A stretch of 64,000 nucleotides of DNA from Promethearchaeati archaeon SRVP18_Atabeyarchaeia-1 (GCA_037308085.1 CP147779.1:64001-128000), one strand, 5' to 3'; positions 17,847 through 27,759 are shown, numbered from the stretch's first letter. The notes: generated by a model not told the origin, from the letters alone. Numbers and translations: made by a program.

Positions 17847-20090
17847 ATGACCTCAGGTGAACTCGTTGCCTCAATCCTTCTGAATCTGATCCCTGTGTTC
17901 GCGGTACTGCTTTTCTATCCTATCATACGCAAGCCCTTGTGGCGGAGATTGTATATTAGGCTCGGGTTGTGCTTCACCGCGTTTTGGTTAGGGTACTTTG
18001 TACTCCCTGTCCTGCTTTTCGGGCTTAGTGCCCCATCTGAAGCGGCGTTTGACTTAACAGGAGTATATAACCCTTGGCTATCAGCCCTAGGTTACTATAT
18101 AACTGTGTTTCTTAATCTTGTTGCCATATTCATAAGAACAGCCTTGTTTGTGATGCCCTTTGCGTTTCTCTTTGCCCCCTTGATATCCATTGTCATAATC
18201 TCTCTGTACTTGAGGGGCGAGAAGACCTCGTTCAGAGCTAAGATGGATGAGATAAGCTACCGGTACGAAGCAAGCCCGATTCAGAAGGTTCGGGAACGCC
18301 TCCTTGAGAACGCCTGGAAGGAAGAGAAAGAACTGTTCAAGTTGATGATCGTATTTCTGCCGATCTCGCTCTATGTTCTTACGTTGGTGCTCACAGCGTT
18401 CAGTGTCGAAGTGTCTGCTACGACAACTTTAGGGATTGATGCTCAGCTCGCAGTATTCATAGAGGACTTGGTGGCTTACCTGGCGAGCTTTCTGGCAGCA
18501 GTCTATCTTCTTTACTCGTCGAAGCTCAGCTTCCGCGGGAGATCTCTAGGCGACAAAATCAGATTCTCGGTTAACAGGTTCCTTTTGAGGACGGGAACTA
18601 TTCTGGCGGTCTTCTCGATCCTCGCGTTTGTAGTGCAGTTCCATCAGTACCTAATTGGGTTGACCTACTTCGTCATACACTATGCCATGATGACCGTGAT
18701 CTTCGCGATTCTGTTGCCACTCTTCGAGCCTTTTGGTTCACTGGTTCTTGTCAAGATGATTGGCGCGATTGGAAGATTCAAGCCAAAGGAGAGAATAAGG
18801 AAGATCTTCAACCGCAGGACTGTGTTGGCTCTGGTTTCGGGTATAGCGGTGGCCAGCGCAGCATTGCTCATCCACCTTCTCATTTCAGCGGGCACGTCAC
18901 TTCTGGCGCCCCCTGAAAACTACTATCTTCTGCCCCAAATAGGAGGGTCTACCGTATCATTTTCCGATGAACTTCTCTTCATCAGACTATTCATGGTCTT
19001 CTCATTAGAGGACTTGGTGGAGTTGCTTCTCATAGCATTCATCCTCTTCTGGTTTGTGAGGCAGCAGGCCGCTCCAGTTTTTGAGACCGTCATGTTCACT
19101 GCAATCTTCTCGACGGTGTACTTTCTCGTTTCTGGAGTACAGATCGTCACCAGTCTGATTCCCACCGGGGTCGCGTATTACTGGGTCACTGGTATACCAG
19201 CTACGATGAGCGCTCCCAACTTCTTCCTCCAAGCCTCAAGACTCGGCACGCTCTACGCCAACGGCCCTCTCCTGACAGGTGGCGCCGGGCTTTTCATGTC
19301 TCTCTCACCCCTGCTGCTTCTGCTGTTCTTCGCCTACCTTAACATGTACGCGAGGAACCCGCCCATCGTCACAAAAGTCGTCGAAGAGGAGAACATAGTA
19401 GAGACGGCTTACTCGAACCTTTCCTCAGTACCCATTCTGGATGAGATGAGGCTTTCCCCAGAAGACTATGCGTTCAGCTATAATAAGGCAGGAAAACTCG
19501 GCAAATCGCTTGATGGACTTGCCACCGAGGCAAGAGAAGATGTTGAGAGAATCCTTGACATACTTAACAAGGGCGGACTTGTCAGCTTCCCCACAATAAT
19601 CAATGAAGCTAAGATCAAGGAAAAGCGGACCTACGAGATACTCAGATACCTCACATCCCAACAGATTGTTCTAGCCTATCAGGTAGAGATCAAATCTGTG
19701 AGCCATAACGCCACACCCCAGAGCCTCTTCGTAACAACAAGTGAAGGATTAGACGTATTCAACTATACCTTCGGCACACTGAAGATAGACCCAGCGCTAA
19801 TCTCAGGCATGCTGACGGCGATAATAAGCTTCGTGAAGGAAGCGACTAGATCCAGACAGTTTCTTAGAACGATCGAGCACGGAGATGTCGTTCTGGTCGT
19901 AGAGTACGGGAAACGTGTGTTCGGCACAATAGTCACTGATCAGGAGACCCCTGATCTGAGAATCAGACTGAGAAAGTTTCTGGACAAATTTGAAGAGAAG
20001 CATGCTGATATCCTTACAAAGTGGACCGGCCAGATACCAGATCCTGAGAAGGACAGAAAACTCGTGGAGTCAGTCTTCGAGCAATTCTAG
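17847..20090 (+). CDS. multi-pass membrane protein with a winged-helix-like segment and a C-terminal longin-like domain
   Basis: Roughly a dozen hydrophobic helices; ILDILNKGGLVSFPTI...YEILRYL (wHTH-like); SLFVTTSEGLDVF...DPALISGMLTAIISFVKE...FLDKFEEKH...W (longin-like). Confidence 0.75.
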   Translation: MTSGELVASILLNLIPVFAVLLFYPIIRKPLWRRLYIRLGLCFTAFWLGYFVLPVLLFGLSAPSEAAFDLTGVYNPWLSALGYYITVFLNLVAIFIRTALFVMPFAFLFAPLISIVIISLYLRGEKTSFRAKMDEISYRYEASPIQKVRERLLENAWKEEKELFKLMIVFLPISLYVLTLVLTAFSVEVSATTTLGIDAQLAVFIEDLVAYLASFLAAVYLLYSSKLSFRGRSLGDKIRFSVNRFLLRTGTILAVFSILAFVVQFHQYLIGLTYFVIHYAMMTVIFAILLPLFEPFGSLVLVKMIGAIGRFKPKERIRKIFNRRTVLALVSGIAVASAALLIHLLISAGTSLLAPPENYYLLPQIGGSTVSFSDELLFIRLFMVFSLEDLVELLLIAFILFWFVRQQAAPVFETVMFTAIFSTVYFLVSGVQIVTSLIPTGVAYYWVTGIPATMSAPNFFLQASRLGTLYANGPLLTGGAGLFMSLSPLLLLLFFAYLNMYARNPPIVTKVVEEENIVETAYSNLSSVPILDEMRLSPEDYAFSYNKAGKLGKSLDGLATEAREDVERILDILNKGGLVSFPTIINEAKIKEKRTYEILRYLTSQQIVLAYQVEIKSVSHNATPQSLFVTTSEGLDVFNYTFGTLKIDPALISGMLTAIISFVKEATRSRQFLRTIEHGDVVLVVEYGKRVFGTIVTDQETPDLRIRLRKFLDKFEEKHADILTKWTGQIPDPEKDRKLVESVFEQF

Positions 20091-20143
20091 ATCTCCCGGC
20101 AAATTCCTACCCGCATGACTCCGGCGAGGCGGTGAATCGGAGA

Positions 20144-21322
20144 ATGGAATCCCTACTAGATCTTGTGAAGAAACATGAAGAGTGGCGCGGAAGGCAAACG
20201 CTGAACCTCATCGCGTCCGAGAACGCTGCAAGCCCGCAGGTCCTAAGACTTCTGAGCACCGATCTCTCGAATCGGTACACTGCACCTGATGGATTCTACA
20301 TGGGTACGAGGTTCATTGATGAAATCACTGAACTAGCATCGAGAGTAGCTAGGCAACTCTTCAGGACCGAATATGCCGATCTCCGTCCACTATCAGGGCA
20401 TATTGCCGACTGGATACTACTCTCCTGCTTCACTAGAGCTGGAGACAGCATATTGAGCGTATCACCAGAGCACGGGGGGTATCCCGGGATTAGCCATCAA
20501 GGCGTGACTAGCTTTATGCACCTAAGGAATCTCTACTATCCTTTCGACGAAGAGAAAATGAACCTAAAGGTAAATGAATCAGCAGAGCTGATTGAGAGAG
20601 AGAAGCCACGCCTTGTGATCTTCGGTGCGAGCTTCATACTGTTTCCAGCACCGGTAAGAGAGCTATCCAAGATCGCGAGCAACGTGGGCGCAGAGATCGC
20701 ATTCGACGGCGCGCATGTCCTTGGATTAATCGCAGGGGGAAAATTCCAGGATCCACTGCACGAAGGCGCAAACATCCTCATCGGTTCGACGCACAAGAGC
20801 CTCTTCGGACCTCAAGGTGGGTTAATTCTCAGTAACTCACCCCACGGGAAGACAATCAAGGAAGCCGTCTTCCCAAGCTTCGTTGACAATGCTCACTACA
20901 ATAGGATTGCCGCACTAGCCTTCGCTCTATGCGAATTGAAAACATTCGGAAAAGACTACGCGACACAAGTGATCAAGAACGCGAAAACCATGGGAAAGGC
21001 CCTGGACGAGAACGGCGTCCCAGTCAAATGCAGGGAATACGGCTACACAGAGTCTCATCAAGTACACCTGGACAACAGCAGAATTCCGAAAGGGCTAGAC
21101 CACACAAAGATCCTTGAAGACGCGAACATAATCGTTGACAGAGGAACAAGAATCGGAACATGTGAAGTCACACGCAGAGGCATGAAGCAAAGCGAAATGG
21201 AGAAGATAGCCGAGCTCATCGCCAGACTGCTAGTGAAGAGGGAGCCGTCGGGGCAAATCAAGAAGGAAGCTTCGAAGCTCAGGTCAGAATTCGAGACCTT
21301 GGAATATTGCTTCAAGGAATGA
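20144..21322 (+). CDS. glyA: serine hydroxymethyltransferase
   Basis: LNLIASEN, DGAHVLGLIAGG, PLP lysine motif STHKSLFGPQGG, TESHQV, RIGTCEVTRRGM. Confidence 0.95.
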   Translation: MESLLDLVKKHEEWRGRQTLNLIASENAASPQVLRLLSTDLSNRYTAPDGFYMGTRFIDEITELASRVARQLFRTEYADLRPLSGHIADWILLSCFTRAGDSILSVSPEHGGYPGISHQGVTSFMHLRNLYYPFDEEKMNLKVNESAELIEREKPRLVIFGASFILFPAPVRELSKIASNVGAEIAFDGAHVLGLIAGGKFQDPLHEGANILIGSTHKSLFGPQGGLILSNSPHGKTIKEAVFPSFVDNAHYNRIAALAFALCELKTFGKDYATQVIKNAKTMGKALDENGVPVKCREYGYTESHQVHLDNSRIPKGLDHTKILEDANIIVDRGTRIGTCEVTRRGMKQSEMEKIAELIARLLVKREPSGQIKKEASKLRSEFETLEYCFKE

Positions 21323-21424
21323 TCGACACCTCTCTTCTAACCGATGCCTTTCCGACTCTCTTGCTGCCCAGTTTCCGTCCGCCCTTCAAATCAAGGAAAT
21401 AGGACTCTCCTGTCTGACTGCGAG

Positions 21425-21540
21425 CTTGGACATATCGAAAAGGTTACCCGAACGAAGACAGATGTATCCAAATGAGCCTCCTCCCATCTTTTTTGCGAAC
21501 ATCTCGTCATGGGGAAAATTGAAAACGAAACTTATCTATC
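21425..21540. repeat. diverged 116-bp intergenic repeat, copy A
   Basis: Ungapped alignment to 22658-22773, 74/116 identical by hand count; core AAAGGTTACC..CAGATGTATCCAAA.GAG.CTCC. Confidence 0.8.
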
Positions 21541-21773
21541 CCCACAATTCTTTCACTCTCGCGTGCAACGCGCTTTCAAGGTCATAGCGCACCGTTATTT
21601 GCCAGATAGAGGAATTAAGTTGCCTTCCCTCTCCTTTCTAGCGCGGAGTAGGTGAAGCAATATATAGCCTTGGGGCGCATATACGCGATTGGATCTTTGC
21701 CGGCGTGCGCTAACCTATTCATGCTGCTTGTTGAGTTCTTGTCAATGCCAAACTCGAAAAGGAAGTTACCTAT

Positions 21774-22412
21774 ATGAACGAAGAGCGCTCAAGCTTCAGG
21801 TCGAGGCCCCGCATACAGTCCCTTTCTGACCTTATCTTCGGCTTGGCCCTGTCAATAGGCGCCCTGACTCTAATAGGTCAGCAACCTACAGATTTCCAGA
21901 ATCTTCTCATGTCCTTAGGCTATTATGGCTTGAGCTTCCTCATCCTGATCACCGTGTGGCGAAACTATTCGAACACGATGGATCTGCTTCCTGTCGAGAA
22001 TGCAGGACTGGTTAGACTCAACATCGCGCTGCTCTTCCTCGTTTCAATCGAGCCCTACCTTTTCAGCCAGCTTTTTGTGTCCTCCACTTCAGCAATCAGG
22101 GAGAACGTGTCTGTCCTTTACGCAATTGATCTTGCAGGGTTGTACCTGATTCTGGCGTTCTTCAACCACTCTCTAGTCGACGAAAAGAAGAAGCTCGTTC
22201 CCGAAAGCCTTCTGCCGACATACAGACACTTCAGGAATATCGAGCTACTAGTTTCGGCCATCTTCCTCATATCCATAATACCAGTCTTCTGGTCCTTGGG
22301 CATATCGGTGGGCAATTCCTTCAATAACTTAAGGTTCATACTGTGGATTCTCACTCTGCTCCTAGGAGCGATCCCACATGGACGGCGCGCGCGGCAATCG
22401 AAGCATCAGTAG
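21774..22412 (+). CDS. TMEM175-family potassium channel (DUF1211)
   Basis: RIQSLSDLIFGLALSI (RxxxFSDxxFxIxxT-like), about 6 TM helices. Confidence 0.8.
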   Translation: MNEERSSFRSRPRIQSLSDLIFGLALSIGALTLIGQQPTDFQNLLMSLGYYGLSFLILITVWRNYSNTMDLLPVENAGLVRLNIALLFLVSIEPYLFSQLFVSSTSAIRENVSVLYAIDLAGLYLILAFFNHSLVDEKKKLVPESLLPTYRHFRNIELLVSAIFLISIIPVFWSLGISVGNSFNNLRFILWILTLLLGAIPHGRRARQSKHQ

Positions 22413-22657
22413 AAAAAGTCTGATATCGCCAAAAACTTGACTCGAAATTGGCCAATGTTTCGCCTCAGTCGCTTCATCTAGTCTCAAATCAGGTTCACGT
22501 CTCGATGCCAGAAAGGCTTGTACTTTCGCTTTTGAAATCCTCCGTCATCTTATGTCACTCTGCTCCAGACAATGGCAATAGGCATCCACACGTCATAGCA
22601 GGATCTCATCTGACAGAACTGAGGCACAAGTCCTCAATTGCTCCACTTCTGTCAACA

Positions 22658-22773
22658 CTTGGAAGAACAAGAAAGGTTACCTGAATGTAATCAGATGTAT
22701 CCAAACGAGTCTCCACCCACATCTTTACCTGCAGCACTTTCACGCGGGGAATTAGGAACGGATTGCATCTATC
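22658..22773. repeat. diverged 116-bp intergenic repeat, copy B
   Basis: Aligns to 21425-21540. Confidence 0.8.
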
Positions 22774-22845
22774 GCTTTGATGGTGTAACTCTAGCCCGCG
22801 CCCAACAATGTTAAATAGCGCCTCGCCCGAAATACAGCTTCAATT

Positions 22846-23433
22846 ATGCAGAATCAGAAGGGAGTGGGGAAAGACATGTGTGCGAACGCGCGTGAAACTA
22901 TAAGCAAGTCGGAAGAAAGATTCAATCAAAAGATAAAGAATCTGGAAATCTCATTACCTGCGTTGAAGAAAGGGGTGAATTGCGCCGAACTCACGCTCAC
23001 AAGTATTCTGGACATACTGGGAGTCGACAACATCCTCTTTCATAACGCTGCTATTCCCCTTGCTAGTGGGTTTGGCGGCTACAAGTCAAAGAAAGGATGG
23101 ATGGGCCCCTGTGGAGCCGTAAGCGGAGGCTGTGCAGCTATCGGCGTCATAATGGGCGGCAACAAAGAAACAACGAGATATCAAGACATGCCGGCAGTGT
23201 ATCTAACGGCTAAGAAATTCGCTCAGGATTTTGAGAAGGATTTCGGTTCTGTTGTATGCTCTGAGCTCTGCGGTTATGATTTAAGCGACCCCACTAATTT
23301 CCTGGCGTACCTGAGAGATGGCACATGGACAAAGAAATGCTATAAGTTCGTGGTCTGGTCAGTAGATGAGGTTGGAAAACTGACTAAGCGACACCTAGCA
23401 ACGAAATGGGGAATGCAAGAGGCAGAAAAGTGA
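22846..23433 (+). CDS. C_GCAxxG_C_C family putative redox-active protein
   Basis: NCAE, GFGG, PCGAVSGG, FGSVVCSEL, final Cys in KKCYK. Confidence 0.85.
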   Translation: MQNQKGVGKDMCANARETISKSEERFNQKIKNLEISLPALKKGVNCAELTLTSILDILGVDNILFHNAAIPLASGFGGYKSKKGWMGPCGAVSGGCAAIGVIMGGNKETTRYQDMPAVYLTAKKFAQDFEKDFGSVVCSELCGYDLSDPTNFLAYLRDGTWTKKCYKFVVWSVDEVGKLTKRHLATKWGMQEAEK

Positions 23434-23560
23434 CATATCGACACTTGATACCGGCGTGCGCGCTAACTCAGAGAGTGCCAAGTCAACAAGTGGTTGGAAG
23501 ATGCAAAGAAACTAGGAATAGCCGACTCCAAAATCTGTGAGATAAAGAAGATGCTCACAG

Positions 23561-23911
23561 ATGGAGAAAGACAAAGTGACAGAGAAACTAGCAACGATGA
23601 TCATGGACAGAATAGAGACGAACCTCTTGAGCGCCAAGGAGAGTCATTTGGATACAAATAGATGCATCCAAAAGGTTATCTCTCTAATTGCTTCTATTAA
23701 GCCACAGGTAAAAGATGAAAAAAGCTGTGAACCCACTCTTGAATGGTGGGGAATTGAAGTGGGAGGAAAATTCTGCCCGTGGTGTTCGAGTGATGACTAC
23801 TTCAAGCATCATCGTACCGCGAAGTGCCCCACTTGTGGTGCTGACTCGAACATACTCGAATGTGAAGAGTGTGGGCGCACATTTCTGCAATGTGGGCATA
23901 AGTTGAACTGA
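23561..23911 (+). CDS. hypothetical protein with C-terminal Cys pairs (possibly a mobile-element remnant)
   Basis: CPWC, CPTC, CEEC; overlaps an inverted copy of the repeat core. Confidence 0.45.
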   Translation: MEKDKVTEKLATMIMDRIETNLLSAKESHLDTNRCIQKVISLIASIKPQVKDEKSCEPTLEWWGIEVGGKFCPWCSSDDYFKHHRTAKCPTCGADSNILECEECGRTFLQCGHKLN

Positions 23912-23979
23912 AACAACTCCCCACTTTTTCTTTGACACCCATCCAAATTAGGATGCTCGTTGCGAGGAAACCCACATCC

Positions 23980-24498
23980 CTATGTTTTTTCAAGTTTCTG
24001 CGCCTTGTACCGCCTGCTTAGATCTACGTATCCCTTGTTTCCAACCTTGATCAGCGCCACGTCATTGTCGGTGGCTTGCCTCAAGGGTTTGGCGGGTACG
24101 CCGCCCATTACAGTTCGTGGAGGAACCTTAGTGCCCCCCAATACGACTGCACCGAGCGCAACGATCGACTCTTCGCCGATGACTGACCTATCAAACACGA
24201 TGGCGTTAATACTTACCAGCGAACGGCTTCCAATTGTTGCCCCGTGCACGCAGCAGCCGTGGGCGAGCACGCAGTTGTCCCCTATTGTTGTAGGTACGTC
24301 TCCATGAATCACCGAGTTATCTTGAATTGAGTTGAACTTGCCGATCCGTATCTTGGCAATGTCCCCCCTTATCACGGCGCCATACCAGACGCTCGTACCT
24401 TCGCCTATCTCCACATCACCTATTATAGTAGCAGTCGGCGCTATGAAAGCGCTTGGATCTATCTTAGGTCTCTTGCCATCCAGTTCAACGATGGTCAT
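23980..24498 (-). CDS. gamma-carbonic anhydrase family / hexapeptide-repeat protein (PaaY/CaiE-like)
   Basis: AFIAPTATIIGDVEIG, WYGAVIRGD, IQDNSVIHG, three His ligands, GVPAK. Confidence 0.9.
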   Translation of the reverse strand: MTIVELDGKRPKIDPSAFIAPTATIIGDVEIGEGTSVWYGAVIRGDIAKIRIGKFNSIQDNSVIHGDVPTTIGDNCVLAHGCCVHGATIGSRSLVSINAIVFDRSVIGEESIVALGAVVLGGTKVPPRTVMGGVPAKPLRQATDNDVALIKVGNKGYVDLSRRYKAQKLEKT

Positions 24499-24668
24499 TG
24501 CGGTCCTCACCTTTTCTGCTTCTTTCTCATTATCTAGACTTATTTACCTGTACGTTCTAAGAGAGGTAATGTGTTTTAATGTTTTGCAGTTCATATCAAG
24601 AGAACCCCTAAGAATAGAGCCACGGATTCCTCGGAGCCTGGCGTCTACGCTGTTGTTGGTGAGCTAGA

Positions 24669-25391
24669 ATGGCTGATGAGCCAAGAGACGGAAAGAAGGG
24701 ACACTCAGAAGACAACGAATTCCTCTGGAGAAAAAAGAAGGTTGAACTTCTTCAAAAGGAAAGCGGTCAGTTGCTTGAAACCCGGCAGATGCTGAAGGAA
24801 TGGATTCGAAGTAGCATAGATCAGTACGGCAATCTCCCGCAGAAGGTGAGGGAGAGGATTGACAGCGCCGGAAGGAACCTAGGAATAACAGTCGATGACG
24901 TCATCGCTGAGGTAATGGCGGAGCAAGTTGTTGGCAAGTCTGGAAAGATTGATCAAGAGAAACTTGCGCTTCTCCTGCTTCAAGAGGCACAGGCCTTGCG
25001 CGAAAAGAATGGCGGAGTAATGACCTTCGCAGAACTCCAGTTGGCACTCGAAGAAGGGCCACTTTCAGGCAAGGTTAAACCTGGTGACGTGAAGAAGGCT
25101 GTCGAAATCCTGACCGACAGGAAACTAATACCAGGACCGAAGGAATTGGATTCGGGACTAATTCTTGTGCGCTTCTTCCCGATCGAGATCAGCCCAGACC
25201 AGAATGCAGTCCTGACCCTAGCAGGAGAGAAGGGCTGGATCACGCTAGAAGAAGTGATGGTCCGAACTGGCTGGTCCAGGGAGAGGTCTGAAATCGCACT
25301 GAAGGAGCTCGAAGATTCAGGAATATCGCGTGCCGACCCAAACTACTCCACAGGTAAGAAGTGGTATTTCCCGGGGCTTACAGGGCATTGA
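24669..25391 (+). CDS. ESCRT-II EAP30/Vps22-Vps36-like tandem winged-helix protein
   Basis: REKNGGVMT...DVKKAVEIL, ISPDQNAVLTLA...GWITLEEV...GWSRERSEIALKEL...WYFPGL. Confidence 0.75.
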   Translation: MADEPRDGKKGHSEDNEFLWRKKKVELLQKESGQLLETRQMLKEWIRSSIDQYGNLPQKVRERIDSAGRNLGITVDDVIAEVMAEQVVGKSGKIDQEKLALLLLQEAQALREKNGGVMTFAELQLALEEGPLSGKVKPGDVKKAVEILTDRKLIPGPKELDSGLILVRFFPIEISPDQNAVLTLAGEKGWITLEEVMVRTGWSRERSEIALKELEDSGISRADPNYSTGKKWYFPGLTGH

Positions 25392-25552
25392 CCCGCAGCA
25401 CATCAGCGACGACTATCGCAACGTTGCAAGAAAGCTTAATATTCCGTATGCTAGATAGGTGATCTGGGAAAGTAGCCACCTGATCATGCCGACTTCTCGC
25501 GGGGGGAAGACTGACCATCACCGTCAATACCAAGGAAGATACCGACAATTGG

Positions 25553-25975
25553 CTGATCAAGGACATCTACATGATCGTGGATGGCTCCGTGATATTTCAT
25601 AGGAGCTACGAGAAGTCGTCCAAGGAGCCTGCGCTCATATCTGGCTTCATTGGAGCGATCGCTTCGTTCGCTAGGGAGATAACATCCACTGGCGTTCTCA
25701 AGAAGGTCCTGATCCCACCCGTAAAGTTCATGGCATCGCAGATAATGGAGCAACCCCAGGTCATAGTGGCTATCCTAGTCTCTGAGAAGTTTCCCGATGA
25801 CCTCTCCGAACAACTTCTCCAATCTATATCTGAGCTTATTCTAGCCAAGTATGTAGGGTCAGTTGTCGAATCGAAGGGAGAAGATCTATCAAGCAAGGCC
25901 TCAAAGGAAGTCCACGCAACTGTGCTGGCGACCATGAGAAGATACATCTACGCCAGGACGGCACATGGAAAGTAA
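25553..25975 (+). CDS. stand-alone longin-like domain protein
   Basis: IKDIYMIVDGSVIFHRSY...EPALISGFIGAIASFARE; the first strand precedes the track's ATG at 25571, so a CTG start (25553 or 25511) is likely. Confidence 0.7.
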   Translation: MIKDIYMIVDGSVIFHRSYEKSSKEPALISGFIGAIASFAREITSTGVLKKVLIPPVKFMASQIMEQPQVIVAILVSEKFPDDLSEQLLQSISELILAKYVGSVVESKGEDLSSKASKEVHATVLATMRRYIYARTAHGK

Positions 25976-26162
25976 ATTGAGACTTCTTGGTCCTTCCCTT
26001 AGATATTCCAGAGATTTTCAGCCCCCTGGCGCTTGGGTGTTGAGTCTTCGCGGCCAGCGAATGTGAGTTGAAAGTGCTTCCCGATACATGGCAAGTTTTA
26101 TATGCTGGGGATTCACCCGTAACTAATAGTTACTTGTAGGTAACAATCCGGAAGTGATCCAG

Positions 26163-26579
26163 ATGTCACTGAAGCTATTGCTGGTAAAAGGCAAGAGGGT
26201 TCTCGCTGAAGTTCCCCTGGTGGTCGGTGACGAAGAGAACAGGGAGTTCCTTGAGAAGCAGATAGACGAGCTGGGACGAAGCGAGTTAAGAGAGTTATCA
26301 GAAATATTTGACACCCTATCGAATCAGGACAGGCTGAAAATGCTCTCAAAAATGCTTACGAGCGACGGACCTGTAAGATTTGTGGACTTCATGAATGATC
26401 TTGAGCTTAACCAGAAACTCGTGTCAGACTACTGCAGACGCATGATAGAAAACGGGCTTGTGACATCGCACGAAAGAGGGAAATATGAGGCATCTCCTGT
26501 CGGATTAAGCAGTTTCATGGTGGCAACCGTAGCACTCAAGAAGATCTTGGAGATCCTCGAAAGCGAAGCAGAAGAGTAA
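26163..26579 (+). CDS. ArsR-like winged-helix transcriptional regulator
   Basis: FDTLSNQDRLKML...LNQKLVSDYCRRMIENGLV...RGKYE. Confidence 0.75.
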   Translation: MSLKLLLVKGKRVLAEVPLVVGDEENREFLEKQIDELGRSELRELSEIFDTLSNQDRLKMLSKMLTSDGPVRFVDFMNDLELNQKLVSDYCRRMIENGLVTSHERGKYEASPVGLSSFMVATVALKKILEILESEAEE

Positions 26580-26615
26580 GCGCTTACATCTTTTTCCCAG
26601 ATCAGATGGGATCAG

Positions 26616-27599
26616 TCAGCTATCAGGGTTGAGAAGAGTATCTGGCACTTCGTGAACACATTGCTTCAGCCCGGCGCAATATGTAGAAGCGCAACACGAC
26701 CTCCTAAACACTATAGTATTCGCGCTGAGCGTCTTCTCGATCTTGTCTCGGATATCCGACACTGAGACAACCCGCTGCTTCTCGTCAATCACTCTTATGC
26801 GACGGACTATTTCAGATACGTCAAATCCTCTCTTCTGCATCGCCTCAACTATCCTCCTGGTCACCCTGAGATTTCCCAGGACCACTCCTCGGCTACCCCG
26901 ACGGACAGCCTCATCGATGAGACCGACATTTTCATCGACTGCAACTATGCCAGGGAGGATTGGCCGTAGAAACAAAAACGGCTTCAAACCTGCTTCAGCC
27001 AAGTTGCTGATGGTGTCTAACCGTTCTCGGGGACTAGGAGCGAGAGGCTCCAGAAGTCGCGACTTCGACTCATCTAGCGTCAGTATGGTTACCAAGGGGC
27101 TAACCCAATTGCACGATGCCTGTACAGCCTTTGCTTCGTCCCGATCCAGCTTTGACTTAGTTGAGAACTGGATCGGGTTACCTAGTTTTGCCAGCTCCCG
27201 GATATATCCCATCGTCAGCGACTTCAGTTCTGGCTGAAAGGGCTCTACAGTGCTCCCGATAGCGATGTAAGTTCCGTTTACACCTGGAATAAAGCTAGGG
27301 TTGTAGAGGATTGATAATGCGAGCTCCTCTTGCGAAAGAGCGCAGGGTTCCGGTTTCCCGAATCTGAAACCCATGTCGGGAATATAGCAGTAGGTGCAAG
27401 AGTATGCGCAGTTGTCTCCAGAATGAATGGTCAAACCACACTGTATTGGCCTTCTTCTCGAATGGTGGTCGGATCTCGCCCTCCTCACACCCGCCCTGCC
27501 GACAAGCCGCTCATATTGCCTAATCATGACTGACTTCTCCTCTTCAAGTTGCTTTCCTTGAAGGCGCGCTGCAGGGTTCCTAGGGTTTTCTGGCCTCAA
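26616..27599 (-). CDS. radical SAM protein (SplB/COG1533-like)
   Basis: CAYSCTYC, GSTVEPF, QFSTK, LEPLAPSPRERL, RPILPGI. Confidence 0.85.
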   Translation of the reverse strand: MRPENPRNPAARLQGKQLEEEKSVMIRQYERLVGRAGVRRARSDHHSRRRPIQCGLTIHSGDNCAYSCTYCYIPDMGFRFGKPEPCALSQEELALSILYNPSFIPGVNGTYIAIGSTVEPFQPELKSLTMGYIRELAKLGNPIQFSTKSKLDRDEAKAVQASCNWVSPLVTILTLDESKSRLLEPLAPSPRERLDTISNLAEAGLKPFLFLRPILPGIVAVDENVGLIDEAVRRGSRGVVLGNLRVTRRIVEAMQKRGFDVSEIVRRIRVIDEKQRVVSVSDIRDKIEKTLSANTIVFRRSCCASTYCAGLKQCVHEVPDTLLNPDS

Positions 27600-27759
27600 A
27601 CTGCCTCACTTTTGAAACAGCTATTCTTAAAACGGACACGCTAGTGACTCTCTCTATAAGGGTGAGAAAGTTAAAACTCTTTGTTAGCGCACCCTACTAA
27701 TAATAATGGTAATAGCTGCGGCAAATGCGCTTGTCCAATACCAGTGGGCGAAAATCACA

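Noticed and set aside
21700-21740. Integron attC site (GCTAAC ... GTTGAGT)
   Set aside because: The spacing is far shorter than attC sites, there is no internal palindrome, and no integron integrase is present.
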